From assembly GCA_963712535.1 (NCBI GenBank), contig CAVQIK010000002.1, positions 27,250 to 91,249 of the forward strand: a DNA stretch of 64,000 nucleotides. Reading direction: 5' to 3'. Shown here piece after piece: positions 39,862 to 51,123 of this stretch (the first letter of the stretch is position 1; each line of letters opens with the position of its first letter). The translations under genes and the position numbers were made by a program. The DNA is from an uncultured delta proteobacterium. GTDB lineage: Bacteria > Desulfobacterota > SM23-61. A model generated the notes under the pieces. It ran no database searches and was not told the DNA's origin. It saw only the letters and a program-made list of their open reading frames with translations.

Positions 39862-40951
39862 TCACGTCTTTAATTCCCGTATGATGGCATCGCCCACCTC
39901 GGCTGTGGTGTTCGTCCCGCCCAGGTCGGGCGTGCGGGTCTGCGCTTCGACGAGCACGGCTTCCACGGCTCTTTCGATGAGCCGCCCCGCTTCGGCCGCT
40001 TTGGAATCGCTGTTCTTGGTTCCCAGCCAGTCGAGCATCATGGCCCCGGAGAGGATGGCGGCGATCGGGTTCACGATTCCTTTTCCCGGCGATATCGGGG
40101 GCGCTCCCGTGAATGGACTGGAAGAGCCCGTGGCGGTCCCCCACCTCGGCCGACGGGGCCAGGCCGAGGCTCCCGATCGTGCCCGCCCCCAGGTCCGAGA
40201 GAATGTCCCCGAACATGTTCTCCGTCACGACAACGTCAAAATGCCAGGGCTTCTGGACCATGAGGACGGTCATCGCGTCGGTGTAGTAATGTTCGTTCTG
40301 AATGTCGGGGAACTCCTTGGCCACTTCGTTGAAGATATCCTGGAAAAAAGCGTAAGCCTCCACCACGTTCGATTTGTCCACGCAGGTAACCCTCTTCACC
40401 CCGTCTTCGGGCGCTCCTTCCCTGCGCTGCGCGGCCCGGAAAGCGGCCCGGACGATCCTTTCGGTCCCTTTCCTGGAGATGATCAGCGGGTTCACCGCGG
40501 CTTCCCGGCCGATGCGAAACCCGCCCCGGCCGAACGTGTAAAGACCTTCCGTGTTCTCCCGGAAAATCACGTAGTCGATCCCCTTCTCCTGGGCTTTCTT
40601 TAAAGGGGATTCGACCCCGGGATAGAGCTTGACCGGCCGGATATTCGCGTAAAGGTCGAGGTCCTGGCGGTAGAGATATCCGGACTGGACTTCTCTCCCG
40701 TCCGGCAGGCGGACGTCGGGAAGGCCCACGGCCCCGAAATAGACCGCGTCGGCTTTCCGCACTTTTTCGATATCTTCCTGGCCGAAAGCCGCGCCGGTTC
40801 TGCGATAACGGGCGGCGCCGATCTCCAGTTCCGTGAACTCGATTTCCAGGGAGACCGACTCCAGGGCCGCCCGGATGACTTTTAAGCCTTCCCGGATAAT
40901 CTCGGGCCCCACACCGTCACCCGCAAGAACGGCCACTTTGTAGGATGCCAT
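39862..40951 (-). CDS. tartrate/D-malate/3-isopropylmalate dehydrogenase family enzyme; frameshift near 40081 (A/T4 homopolymer)
   Basis: N-terminal ORF IAVLAGDGVGPEI...GSAPDIAGK then loses frame. The C-terminus GIVNPIAAILSGAMMLDWLG... is in ORF 39862..40074. Confidence 0.75.
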
Positions 40952-41150
40952 ATTTGCTCCTTTCTCCCCCTCACCCTCCCCTCTCCCCCGGAAGCGGGGG
41001 AGAGGGTAATTGAAAGGGTCCTTTGAACCTTTAAACCCGATGTCGATCAGGCAGCGGGCTCATTACTAATCGCCGGCCCACGTACCGGCGACCCGGCGGC
41101 TCGTCCTACTCTCTTCCAGTGGGAAAAGGCGGGGGCGGAAAGCGACAAAT

Positions 41151-41212
41151 TGTAGGGGCAACCCTCCGTGGTTGCCCATTGATGCGGGCGGCCCAGCGGG
41201 CCGCCCCTACAA
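41151..41212. repeat. double hairpin bounded by TGTAGGGG...CCCCTACA (GTAGGGGCG hairpin family)
   Basis: tgtaggggCAACCctccgtGGTTGcccattgatgcgGGCGGCCCagcGGGCCGCCcctaca. Confidence 0.5.
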
Positions 41213-41274
41213 AATTCTGTTAGGTCCCGGCTTTTCATGCGGCAGCCTGAAACCGCAAAAAACGCGGAATGTTA

Positions 41275-41400
41275 CCTAAGTGGGCATTTCCATAAATATC
41301 GTATCGTATTTTTTCGCTAAAGGGTTCACAGTACGGCAGAGTCGGACAAGCAAATGGAGTTCCTTGATACGTCCCTTCCAGAAATCCCCCGCCCCCTTTA
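41275..41400. repeat. second copy of the about 125-bp repeat (see 29671..29827) with a truncated REP
   Basis: About 96% identical to 29671..29795. Confidence 0.6.
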
Positions 41401-41606
41401 TACTACTGTCACGTAAGCTTATTGCATCTTCGGCAAACCCCCTCACCCTCGCCCTCTCCCCCGTTGCTGGGGGAGAGGGCTGGGGTGAGGGGCAAAGGCC
41501 GACCAAAGGTGAGATCCAGCAACATTCTGCGGATGCCCTTCCCGGCCAATAGAAACAAGGCTCCGCCATACGATTGCTGATGTTTTTTTGCACCTGATGG
41601 GTTAAG

Positions 41607-42525
41607 TTACAACCTCGCCAGCGCGTCGGCTTTCTTCTTCTCCACGGCGGCAACGGCTTCGGCCCGCCGGAGGATGAGTTTGGAGCGGTTGTACACGGGG
41701 ATGTCCACCATCTTCCCGTCCATGCTCACCGAAGCCGTTCCCTTTTTAACCCCTTCCTCGAAGGCCTCCACGGCGCGGCGGGCATACTCCACTTTCTCCT
41801 GGGGGGGAGAAAAGACCCGGTTGAGCACGGCCACCTGGTCGGGGTGGATGCAGGAAGCCCCTTCGCATCCCAGCTGGCGCGCCCGGGAAGCGGCCCTTTC
41901 GAACCCCTGCAGGTCTCGAAACCCGGCGATGCTGCCCAAAAGCCCCAGGGGCCGGACCCCTCCGGCGGCTTTGCAGACCGTCACCACCCAGGAGAGTGGA
42001 TAAAAAATCTCCTCGGCTTCCGCCGACGGTTCCACTCCCAGCTCGAGGCAGTAGTCTTCCGGGCCGATGGTCATGGATTCGATCCGCGGGCTTGCGGAGA
42101 CGATCTCCCGGGCGTTCAGCAAACCCTTCGGACTCTCGATCAGGATGGAGAACTCGATGTGGCCCGGTTTGATTCCCCGCGCCCGCTCGAATTTTTCTAC
42201 CAGGGCCTCCAGGTTGCGCACCTCCTCGGCCGACTCGGTCTTGGGCAGGGTAATTCCATCCAGCCCGGGATACACGGAGGCCTCCACATCCGGGGCCAGC
42301 CACGATGGATCCTTGTTCACCCTGACGCCCACTTCGGCTCCCGCCGCGGGATGCCAGGGCGATGGACTCTTTGACCAATTTACGCGCGCTTTCCTTCTCG
42401 GCCGCAGGAACGGCATCCTCCAGGTCCAGCAGGATCGCGTCCGCTCCGCGCTGGTAAGCCTTTTCCACAAACCGGGGGATGTTCACCGGCAGAATGAGCG
42501 TGGATCTTCGTATCATTCGATTCAT
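41607..42525 (-). CDS. HpcH/HpaI aldolase / citrate-lyase beta (CitE-like; citramalyl-/malyl-CoA lyase family); frameshift near 42300-42370
   Basis: N-terminus ILPVNIPRFVEKAYQRGADAILLDLEDAV is in ORF 41746..42525. The remainder (ITLPKTESAEEV...IGPEDY...) is in ORF 41607..42470. Confidence 0.7.
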
Positions 42526-42784
42526 TCCCTAACTCCTCATTTCAAGAATTTGGCCCCTTCTCGGCTTCTTTTTGTATTTTTATATCATTTTGAAACCAAA
42601 TAGGGAAGCCAGTGGCGTGAAATTCAAAATGTTCCCACAAAACTCGGCCAAACCATTGACTCCCACGAAGGCACTCGGCGCGCCGGTCTTGAATTATCTT
42701 GTCTCCGGGCGGAACCGTTGTGATATATTAGGAAAGCAATCTATTGAGGGGCGTTTACCACAGAACACAAGGAGGGTTTGAAAG

Positions 42785-44038
42785 GTGAAAAAGGTTGAGA
42801 TACCCTGGGGATGCTGGCGGGGAGCCAAGAGTTTGCCCCTGACGTTTCCGAACAATTGGAAGGTTTCCCTCGCTCCTATGGAGGACGGCCCGGATGTGAG
42901 CCAGGCGGAAATCGCGAAGGCTTTCCGGAATCCCATCGGCCAGGAGACGATTCGCAGGATGGCCGAGGGGAAAAAGTCGGCGGCCATCGCCGTGGATGAT
43001 TTGACCCGTCCCACCCAGGCGTACCGATTCCTGCCCTTTGTGGTCGAGGAATTGAACCAGGCCGGCATTCGGGACGAAAATATCAGAATTATCATGGCCG
43101 TCGGGTGCCACCGCCCCCTGATGAAAAGAGACCAGGAGAAGAAGCTGGGAAAGAAGATGGCCAACCGGTTTGCGGTTTACAACCATCACCCCTTCGAGAA
43201 CGTAGTCGATGTGGGTACGACCTCGCGCGGGACCCCGGTCCGAATCAACCGGATTTTCATCGAATCCGAGTTCAAGATCGGGGTCGGGTTCATCACCCCG
43301 CATCCGATTGCCGCATTCGGGGGGGGAGGGAAAATCGTCATCCCCGGCCTGGGCTCGATCGATACCATTGAAAAAAATCATACCCCCGCATTCATGGGAA
43401 AGATCGGGAACACCGGGTTTTCCAAGGGGTACGACATCAATTCCAACGAGCTTCGCCTGGATATCGAAGAAGGGGCCCGGATAGCCGGGCTGAACGCGAT
43501 CGTGAACTCCGTGGGAACCTCCGAGGGAAAGACGGCCGGAGTATTTGTGGGCGACTTGGTTCAGGCTCACCGCGCGGCCGTGGAATTGGCCCGCGCCGTG
43601 TACGTGACCGAGCCTCCGTGTGACGTTGATGTGGGGATTTTCAACGCCTTCCCCGAAGACACGGAACTGGTCCAGGCTCAAAAGGCCCTCAACGTTTGGA
43701 CGGGAAACGAGACGTGCCGGCTGGTGAGGGAAGGGGGGAAGGTCGTCGTCGCGACGGCCAGTTCCGACGGGCTGGGCTTCCACTCCCTGGCTGACCGGGG
43801 GATGCGGCTGTACGCGCCCGTGGGGCACCGGAAGTCGGTTTCCAGCATCTTCGGGTCCCGCAAGATCATCGTTTTTTCGCCGAACTGTTCACCGAAGGAC
43901 CTTCTGGAACGCTACCCCGAGCAGGTGATCATTCGGAACACGTGGGGGGATGTCCTGGAGGAATTGAAGGACGGGTCCTCCGCTCAAAGCGTTTCCGTTT
44001 TTCCCAACGGCTCCCTGCAGTACACGGCAATCGCGTAG
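42785..44038 (+). CDS. LarA-like (DUF2088, nickel-pincer lactate racemase family) protein
   Basis: Blocks IAVDDLTRPTQ / IIMAVGCHRP / PHPIAAFGGGGKIVIPGLGSIDTIEKNH align with the LarA catalytic core motifs. Confidence 0.6.
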   Translation: MKKVEIPWGCWRGAKSLPLTFPNNWKVSLAPMEDGPDVSQAEIAKAFRNPIGQETIRRMAEGKKSAAIAVDDLTRPTQAYRFLPFVVEELNQAGIRDENIRIIMAVGCHRPLMKRDQEKKLGKKMANRFAVYNHHPFENVVDVGTTSRGTPVRINRIFIESEFKIGVGFITPHPIAAFGGGGKIVIPGLGSIDTIEKNHTPAFMGKIGNTGFSKGYDINSNELRLDIEEGARIAGLNAIVNSVGTSEGKTAGVFVGDLVQAHRAAVELARAVYVTEPPCDVDVGIFNAFPEDTELVQAQKALNVWTGNETCRLVREGGKVVVATASSDGLGFHSLADRGMRLYAPVGHRKSVSSIFGSRKIIVFSPNCSPKDLLERYPEQVIIRNTWGDVLEELKDGSSAQSVSVFPNGSLQYTAIA

Positions 44039-44144
44039 CGGAAATCGAGGTTAAGAAACAGGATCATCTCCCATTCATAGGGAATGACAAACGTAAGTTG
44101 ACGTTTTGAAACCCACCCGGCGTAGCACCCTCAGCCTTCTCCAG

Positions 44145-44191
44145 AAATCCCCCCCAACCCCCCTTTGATAAAGGGGGGCAAGGGGGGATTT
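44145..44191. repeat. REP/BIME-like nested palindrome
   Basis: aaatcccccccaacccccctttgataaaggggggcaaggggggattt. Confidence 0.6.
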
Positions 44192-44269
44192 CTGCAGCCC
44201 GCAAAACTCCGCAGACGTTCCGTGGCCCGCGTGGTACTTCACCGCAAGCACGCCGACCCGGGGCCCCCT

Positions 44270-45691
44270 CTATGGCTGATTAGATTGTTTCGCCGCTTCC
44301 CTCCCCGCGATCCGCCCGAAGGCGAGGCATTCGCCGAGGTTCCCGGAACCCTGGTACAGCAGCCCGAATATGGACCCGAGTTCCCCCGCGCTGTAGAGCC
44401 GCGGGATGGGGCGCCCGTCGGGATAGAGCACCTGCGCCTTCACGTTCCTCCTGGGCCCTCCCTGGGTGTTAAGCAGACAGGGCCAGAGCGTCAGGGCATA
44501 GTACGGCCCCGGACCCAATGGCGCGAGCTTTTCTTTCGGGCGGTGGAATGTCGAATCGTCCCCCAGCTCACAAGAACGGTTGTACTCCGAAACGGTCTTC
44601 GCCAGCGTGGCGGGGTCTAGGCCGATCTTTCGCGAAAGTTCCGGGAGATCGCTAGCGGCCACGATCCACCCTCGGGCGATCTCCGCGGAGTTGTCTTTGG
44701 ACCAGGCATACTTTCCCCGGTTGTATCCCAGATGCGGCAAACCCATGGCCCCAGCCTGGCAGGCGGCGCGATCGAAAATCAGATGGCTGGGGATTCGAGG
44801 GAAGGTGAGGGTGTGGGGGTCGAAGAAATCCACCACAAAGTTATAGGCATGAATTTCAACTTCGGAGACAAAACGTTTCCCGTTCCGGTCCACAAAAATG
44901 TAGCGGTTCGAGGGCGGCCGGATGAAGAACGCCGCCTCAAACCCGTCGGCCTTGAACCCGAGCGGGCAGGAGACGCCCCCCATGTGCCAGAGGTCCGCGC
45001 CGACCCGTTGAGCCATGCGGACCCCGTCTCCCGTGTTCCCGGGGGAGGCGAAGGAATAATAGGGGTATCCCTTCAGGTAGTCGGCTTTCATGCGCTCGTT
45101 ATACTCGAACCCGCCGCAGGCGAGAATGACGGCGCGCCCGGCCCTGACCTTCCGCTCTTTCCCGCCATTTTCCAGCACGGCCCCGATTACTGCTCCGCGC
45201 CGGTCCGCAAGGAGCTCCTTTGCCGGGGAGGAGGTGAGAACGGGTATATTCCGGCTCTCCACCTGGAGTCGAAGAAAGTTCCAGAAAGAGTTCTCCTCCG
45301 CGGTGTTGGGCCCCGTGACCATCCGTTTCTCGATGGACTCCGCCCCGGGCAACTGGGGGAAAGCCGCCCCCCCGTACACGTGCGTCCGGGCCCCCCGAGA
45401 TTCAAACCACTCCCGGTTCTTCATGCATTCCTCGGCGAAGACCCTGACCATCTCCTCATCCGCCGTTCGGAAGGCCGTCGACGAGAGGGTATCCAGGTAC
45501 TGAAGCGCGGCAGGAAAATCCCTCGGGCTGAGGAACCCACCCAGGGAAACATTGGTGGTCCCGCCCCCTTTTTCCAGCTTCTCGGCAATCAGAACCCGCG
45601 CTCCCGAGTCATGGGCCGCGACCGCGGCCGCCGCGCCCGCCCCGCCGAACCCGAGAATCAACACGTCCGTATCGAGTGTCCGGTCAGTCAA
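44270..45691 (-). CDS. FAD-dependent dehydrogenase, TcuA-like (tricarballylate dehydrogenase / fumarate-reductase flavoprotein family)
   Basis: DVLILGFGGAGAAAAV FAD motif. ACGGFEYNERMKADYL and the C-terminus AGELGSIFGLLYQGSGNLGECLAFGRIAG parallel TcuA. Confidence 0.65.
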   Translation of the reverse strand: MTDRTLDTDVLILGFGGAGAAAAVAAHDSGARVLIAEKLEKGGGTTNVSLGGFLSPRDFPAALQYLDTLSSTAFRTADEEMVRVFAEECMKNREWFESRGARTHVYGGAAFPQLPGAESIEKRMVTGPNTAEENSFWNFLRLQVESRNIPVLTSSPAKELLADRRGAVIGAVLENGGKERKVRAGRAVILACGGFEYNERMKADYLKGYPYYSFASPGNTGDGVRMAQRVGADLWHMGGVSCPLGFKADGFEAAFFIRPPSNRYIFVDRNGKRFVSEVEIHAYNFVVDFFDPHTLTFPRIPSHLIFDRAACQAGAMGLPHLGYNRGKYAWSKDNSAEIARGWIVAASDLPELSRKIGLDPATLAKTVSEYNRSCELGDDSTFHRPKEKLAPLGPGPYYALTLWPCLLNTQGGPRRNVKAQVLYPDGRPIPRLYSAGELGSIFGLLYQGSGNLGECLAFGRIAGREAAKQSNQP

Positions 45692-45692
45692 T

Positions 45693-46488
45693 TTACCGTC
45701 CCTTGAAAACCGGCTTCCTTCGTTCCGCGAAAGCCTTCTGCCCTTCCTTGAGATCGTCGCTGCTGAAGGCCTGCGCCGCCAGCCGCTCGATCTCCTTCAT
45801 GTCTCCCGGCTCGATTTTCTGATGCTTCAGGCAGGCGTTGAAAACGACCTTCATCCCTTTCAGAGAGAGAGGAGCGTTCCCCGATATTTCCCGGGCCATC
45901 TCCATAGTGAAGGAGACCAGCCGGTCGTCGGGAACCACGTAATTCACCAGCCCCATCTCTTTGGCCCGTGACACCGGGAAGTAGCGCCCGGTGAAGAAGA
46001 TCTCCTTGGCGTTGGCCAGGCCGACGACGTTCATGAAACGGAGGACCCCGGCGGGCATATAGATCAGACCTAGCTTGGCGGGGGGCATGCCGAGGCGGGC
46101 TGATTCGGCGGCGATGCGGATATCGCAGACCGCGGCCAATTCGCACCCCGCGCCGAAGGCCATCCCGTTGATCATGGCGATCACCGGGTAGGGGAAATCG
46201 CGGATCGTTTGCAAGGCGTCCTCTAGCGGGTTCGTTTTCCGGAGGGTTTCCATGAGCTCCGGGCTCACCTCCGTGGGAAGGGCCGAAATGTCATACCCCG
46301 AGGAGAAAGCCTTGTCGCCCGCTCCCCGCAGAACCACGCAGCGGACCTCGTCTTCTTTTTTCAGCTCGCCTAAAAGGGCCGAGAATTCATGGAGGAGCAC
46401 CGGCGAAAGCGCATTCCTCCGCTCCGGGACGGTTAAAGGTGATCGTGATGATTCGTTCCGTCTTCTCGGTCAGTAACAAGTTTTCCAT
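45693..46488 (-). CDS. enoyl-CoA hydratase/isomerase (crotonase); frameshift near 46425 (extra G in a GGG run)
   Basis: ATG at 46488 gives MENLLLTEKTERIITITFNRP. After a 1-nt shift it continues ERRNALSPVLLHEFSALL...GAGDKAFSSGYDI...GMAFGAGCELA. Confidence 0.75.
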
Positions 46489-46590
46489 TTCTTCTCCTTC
46501 AAATAGTAAATTCCAGCCTGACTATTCAAATCATCCTGCTGAGCGGAAACCCGCCGGGCATGATCTTCGCTCTTACCCGGCTGCAGGGCG

Positions 46591-47665
46591 CTACCGGATT
46601 TCTTTCAGCACCGCGTCCGCAAACTCTTTGGTGGTGGCCTTTCCACCCTGGTCGGCAGTCAGATGTTTTCCTTCCCGGTACACTTTCGCGACCGCGGCCT
46701 CCAGGGCATGCGCCTCTTTCTTCATCCCCAGGTAATCGAGCATCATCTCGGCCGAGAGGATCATGGCCGTGGGGTTGACGATTCCCTTCCCGGCGATATC
46801 CGGCGCAGAACCGTGGACCGGCTCGAAGTACGGTTTCCGTCCCCCCGTGCAGGCGCTGGGGGAGATTCCCAGTCCCCCGACCACTTCCCCGGCTCCATCG
46901 GCCAGAATATCCCCGAACATGTTCGTGGTGATCACGACGTCAAATTTTTGGGGGAACCGGATGATCCGCCTGGAGGCGTCGTCGGCGTGGAAATGCTCGA
47001 AGGATATGCCCGGCGCTTTCTTCACTTCTTCCTCGACGATCTTACGGAAAAGCCCGCAGGTCTGGGGAAGGACGTTGGCCTTGGTCAGGCAGGTCACTTT
47101 CCCGGGGAATCCCTGGGATTTCCTCTCTCGGGCGAGCTGCACCGCGTATTTGGCAATGCGCTCACAGCCTTTCTGGGTGATCAGGCGAATGGCGAATTTC
47201 CCTTCGCCGTAGAAATCCAGCGTCCGCCCGAACGGGTCCTTGTATTCGGGGATGCGCTGGGCCAGCCAGGGGATCTCCCCTTCCCGCCCCGGGTAGAGGC
47301 CCTCGCTGTTCTCCCGGATCAGCATGAAATCGATCCCCTCGGGATCCTTGAGGGGAGAGAACGCCCCGGGATAATACTTCACCGGCCGGAGGTTGATGTA
47401 GTTGTCCATTCCCCAGCGGAGGTATCGGAGAATGGGCGACGATGGCCCCCCGGCCGCGCCGAAGAGGATGGCGTCGGCTTCTTCGCAGACCTTTTTGACT
47501 TCATCGGGAAAGCCTTCCCCTCCCTTCTTGACCGCTTTCCTCTCCGCAGAGGGGTTTCAGGATTTCCAGGTCAAATGCTGCTTCTTCCAGGATACGGCAG
47601 GTGACCTCCATGACCTCCGGTCCCACCCCGTCTCCGCCGATGGCAACGATCTTCTTTTTCGCCAT
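46591..47665 (-). CDS. tartrate/isopropylmalate dehydrogenase family paralogue; frameshifted around 47410-47500
   Basis: N-terminus MAKKKIVAIGGDGVGPEV is in ORF 47501..47713. The body is in ORF 46591..47409 (NLRPVKYYPG...GSAPDIAGKGIVNPTAMILSAEMMLDYLG). Confidence 0.7.
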
Positions 47666-48029
47666 AATTCCTCCTTCAAAAATTATCTTTAAAGAATGAA
47701 CCACAGAGGGCACAGAGCCACAGCCCGGCTCGCAAAACAGGGGCGGGCGGTTCGCGAACCGCCCCTACACCCCCGCGAAGGTGTGAAGAAATTCCTTCTT
47801 AGTCGTCACCCCGGTGAAGACCGGGGTCCAGGATGTTTTTAAATCATTGAAAATCCTGGATTCCGGCCTTCGCCGGAATGACGGAAAAGGACCTGGTCCA
47901 ATTTCTTCACGGCTTCCGCCTTCTGGGATGTTCCCCGAAGGAAATTTCCAAACGCAAGTATGAAAGTATATCCGGACAAAAAGAACTTCAGAAATTCTCT
48001 GTGTCCTCTGTGCTTCATTCTTGTCGCCC

Positions 48030-49302
48030 TTAACGCATGCTCGCCGGCAGCCAGGTGGAGAGCGCCGGGAAGGCGATCACGATGACCAGGAACATGAGCA
48101 GGACGAAAAAGAACGGGATCAGCCCCCGAAGGATCTCTGGGAGCTCGGCATCCGGCACAATGCCCATGAGCGCAAAGAGGTTCACCCCGAAGGGCGGGGT
48201 GATGCAGCCGATCTCCATGTTGACCACCATGATGATGCAGTACCAGATCAGGTCGATCTTGAGGGCGCTGAGGATCGGGAGGATGATCGGGACGGTCAGC
48301 AGCAGCATGCACACGCCGTCCACGAAACATCCCAGGAAGAAATAGACGGCGCACATCATGAGCAAAAAGGTGATGGGCCCGAACCCCTTCTCGACCACGT
48401 AGGTGGACATCATCTGGGGGATCTGCAGCTGAGTGATCATGTTCCCGAAGACCACGGCGGTCTTGATGACCAGGAAGAGCATGGAGGTGGTAATCACGGT
48501 GTCTTTGAGGATCAGCCAGTAGTCGTTCCGCTTCAGGCGCCGGAGGGAGATCAGAACCGAGTAGATCGTGCCCACGGCCGCGGATTCCACCGGCGTGAAG
48601 ATCCCCGTGTAGATTCCCCCCAGGACGATGGGGGGAGCCACAGCCCGGTGAAAGACTTTCGGATCACGGCCATTCTTTCGGGCCAGGTGGCGGGTTTCAG
48701 GGCCTCCAGGTCCGTCTTACGGGCCAGGAACCATGCCGTGCCACGCGAGCATCAGCCATCAGGATGATCCCCGGGATGACCCCGGCCATGAAAAGCTTCC
48801 CCACCGAGACTTCCGCGATCCCGCCGTAGATGATCATCCAGCCGCTGGGGGGAATGAGGGGGCCTAACACCCCGCCCGATCCGATCGTGCCGAAGACGAC
48901 TTTCCGTTCATAACCCCGGGAGACCATGGCCGGGATCGCCACGATCCCAATCGCCAGGACGGTTGCCGCGCTCGATCCCTGGATGGCCGCGAAGACCCCG
49001 CAGGCCAGGACGCTGGCGATGAGGAGCCCTCCCCTGTATTGCCGGAGGAACACATTCATCAGATCAAAGAGCTGGTCCCCGATCTTGGCCCGGTAGAGAA
49101 CATTCGCCATGAGAATAAATAGAGGGAGGGCGGAAAGGACGAAGCTGTCCAGGGTGGCGTACATGATGTGGGCGATGGACATGGTTTCCAGGCCGTGACT
49201 CAAGAGAATGGCCAAAGCCGCGGCAAAAAGGGCGATGCCGATGGGCATGCCCAGGATGATCAGGCCCAGAAGGAGGGGGAAAATCCAGGAAATCTCCCAC
49301 AT
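48030..49302 (-). CDS. dctM: TRAP transporter large permease DctM; frameshift near 48650-48700
   Basis: N-terminal half is in ORF 48697..49302 and the C-terminal half in ORF 48030..48641. Both are typical DctM. Confidence 0.75.
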
Positions 49303-49305
49303 GGT

Positions 49306-49838
49306 TCAATCCCCCCCTTCGGCCGGTTCTTCTTTGGATGTCCCGATCGCGGCCATGAGGTCCCGGTAGCACTTGGGGAGGTACTGCAGAATGAACAAAC
49401 TGCCTCCGATGGGAATGGCGAGCTGTCCCCACCAGAGCGGGTATCCCCAGACCCCCCCGGAGATCTCCTCCGAGGTTATGGGTAAAAAGAGTGAACTCGC
49501 CCCCCCTCACCACGAAAACTCCCAGCACGGCTATGCCGACCAGGTCCATCACGAATTCCAGGTATCTTTGCTGTTTAAAGGAAGATACTTGACGACCGTG
49601 GTCACCCGGATATGCCTGCCCTCTGGAGGGTGTAGGCCATTCCCAGCATAGCGCCCCAGACGAGGAGGAAACGGGTCAACTCTTCATACCAGCCGAGCGG
49701 GTCCCGGAGGACATAGCGGAAAAAAACGGAAACGCACATCTCCACGGCCATGAGGGCGAAGAGGACGCCGGCTGTTGCGCCGGCCGCAAAACTGGCCCTG
49801 TCGATCCAGAGTGGAATTCCTCGATTGTCGTTCATCAT
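49306..49838 (-). CDS. dctQ: TRAP transporter small permease DctQ; frameshifted; 3' boundary approximate
   Basis: ORF 49602..49838 has the DctQ N-terminus (VFFRYVLRDPLGWYEELTRFLLVWGAMLG). The remainder is in another frame. Confidence 0.6.
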
Positions 49839-50072
49839 CGGACTCCTGGAAAAATAATGACCCGGGTCGGGACCGGTCGTAGACTCGGCTCTCCGACAGG
49901 GTTGTAGAAACGTGGACCAACCGGGTCGAATTGCCCCGCGAGAGCGTAGGGGCGGGAGTTACCCCGCCTTTGCATCCCCTCCGTGTTGCGGCGTTCAGGA
50001 AGGATTCCTAGTTTCCACGGGAGAAAGTGCGCCGCACTCGTCGCCATTCCCCGGCAGAGCCGGCGGAAGGAA

Positions 50073-51111
50073 CTATTTCTTCTTCGCCAGCGTCTCCTGG
50101 CGGATCTGCTTCATCAACTCCCGGATCGTCTTTCCCCTCTCCCCGGTCCTCTGCAGCCATCTTTCCACCAGCGGGCCGTAAGACTTCTCCCATTCGGCGG
50201 CGTCTTCGCTGGTCATCACGTGAACTTCCATGTTGGATTTCAGCGTGGCCAGGAGTTCTTTCTCCTCGTCTTCGAGAAGTTTCCGCCCGTACGCCTCGGC
50301 GTTCCGGCAGCAGGCTTCGAACTCCTTCCGGAGGTCAGCGGGAAGGCTGTTCAGGAATTTCAGGTTCATGACAAAGGGGTGGAGAATCATGTAAGTCTGA
50401 AAAATCGAGCCGTATTTTTGCACTTCCCAGATGCGGCGGGCCACCCCGTCTCCAAGGCTGGTCCACGCCCCGTCCACGGTCTTTCTTTCCAGCGCCATGA
50501 TCTGCTCGTCGGAAGGCATGATGACCGATTTGGCCCCCAGAATGTCGATCCTTTCCGCCGACGCCTTGCTCGAGGCCCGGATGAGCAGGCCCTTCATGTC
50601 GGGCGGCCTCAGGATCGGACGCTTCGAGTTGGTCAGGAGGTTCATGGTGGCGCTGGACAACTGCATCACCGGCTTTACGCCCCAGTTTTCTCCCGAAGGC
50701 CTCGTCGATGATCTTGCGGTAGACTGGATGGTCGAGGAACGCCCATCCCATCTCATAGTTGGTGAGGATCCCCTCGTTGTTCGTATCCATGGAAAATATA
50801 GGGTCGATCACGTCGGCCCTCATCATGAGCTCGTCCGAGATCTCGATGCTTCCCATGGAAACGGCCTTCAGCGATTCCTTCTGCGAATAAAGCTGGCCGG
50901 ACGGATAGACCTCCACGATCAGCTTCCCCCGGGTGCGGTCCTGGACGCATTTAGCCAGGAAGTTCGCAGCTTTCACCAGATGGTGCTGGGGGGGCCAGTA
51001 AAGGGAAAGCCTCGCCTTATAGATCTTTTCCGCGGCGTGCCCCGCGGGGAGGGTGGCCAGGAAAGCCACCGCAAGCCAGGAAACAAAAATGATGATGAAT
51101 CTTTTTTTCAT
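50073..51111 (-). CDS. dctP: TRAP transporter substrate-binding protein DctP; frameshift near 50700-50760
   Basis: Signal peptide plus DctP N-terminal half (50335..51111) and C-terminal half (50073..50756). Confidence 0.75.
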
Positions 51112-51123
51112 ACCCGATCCTCC

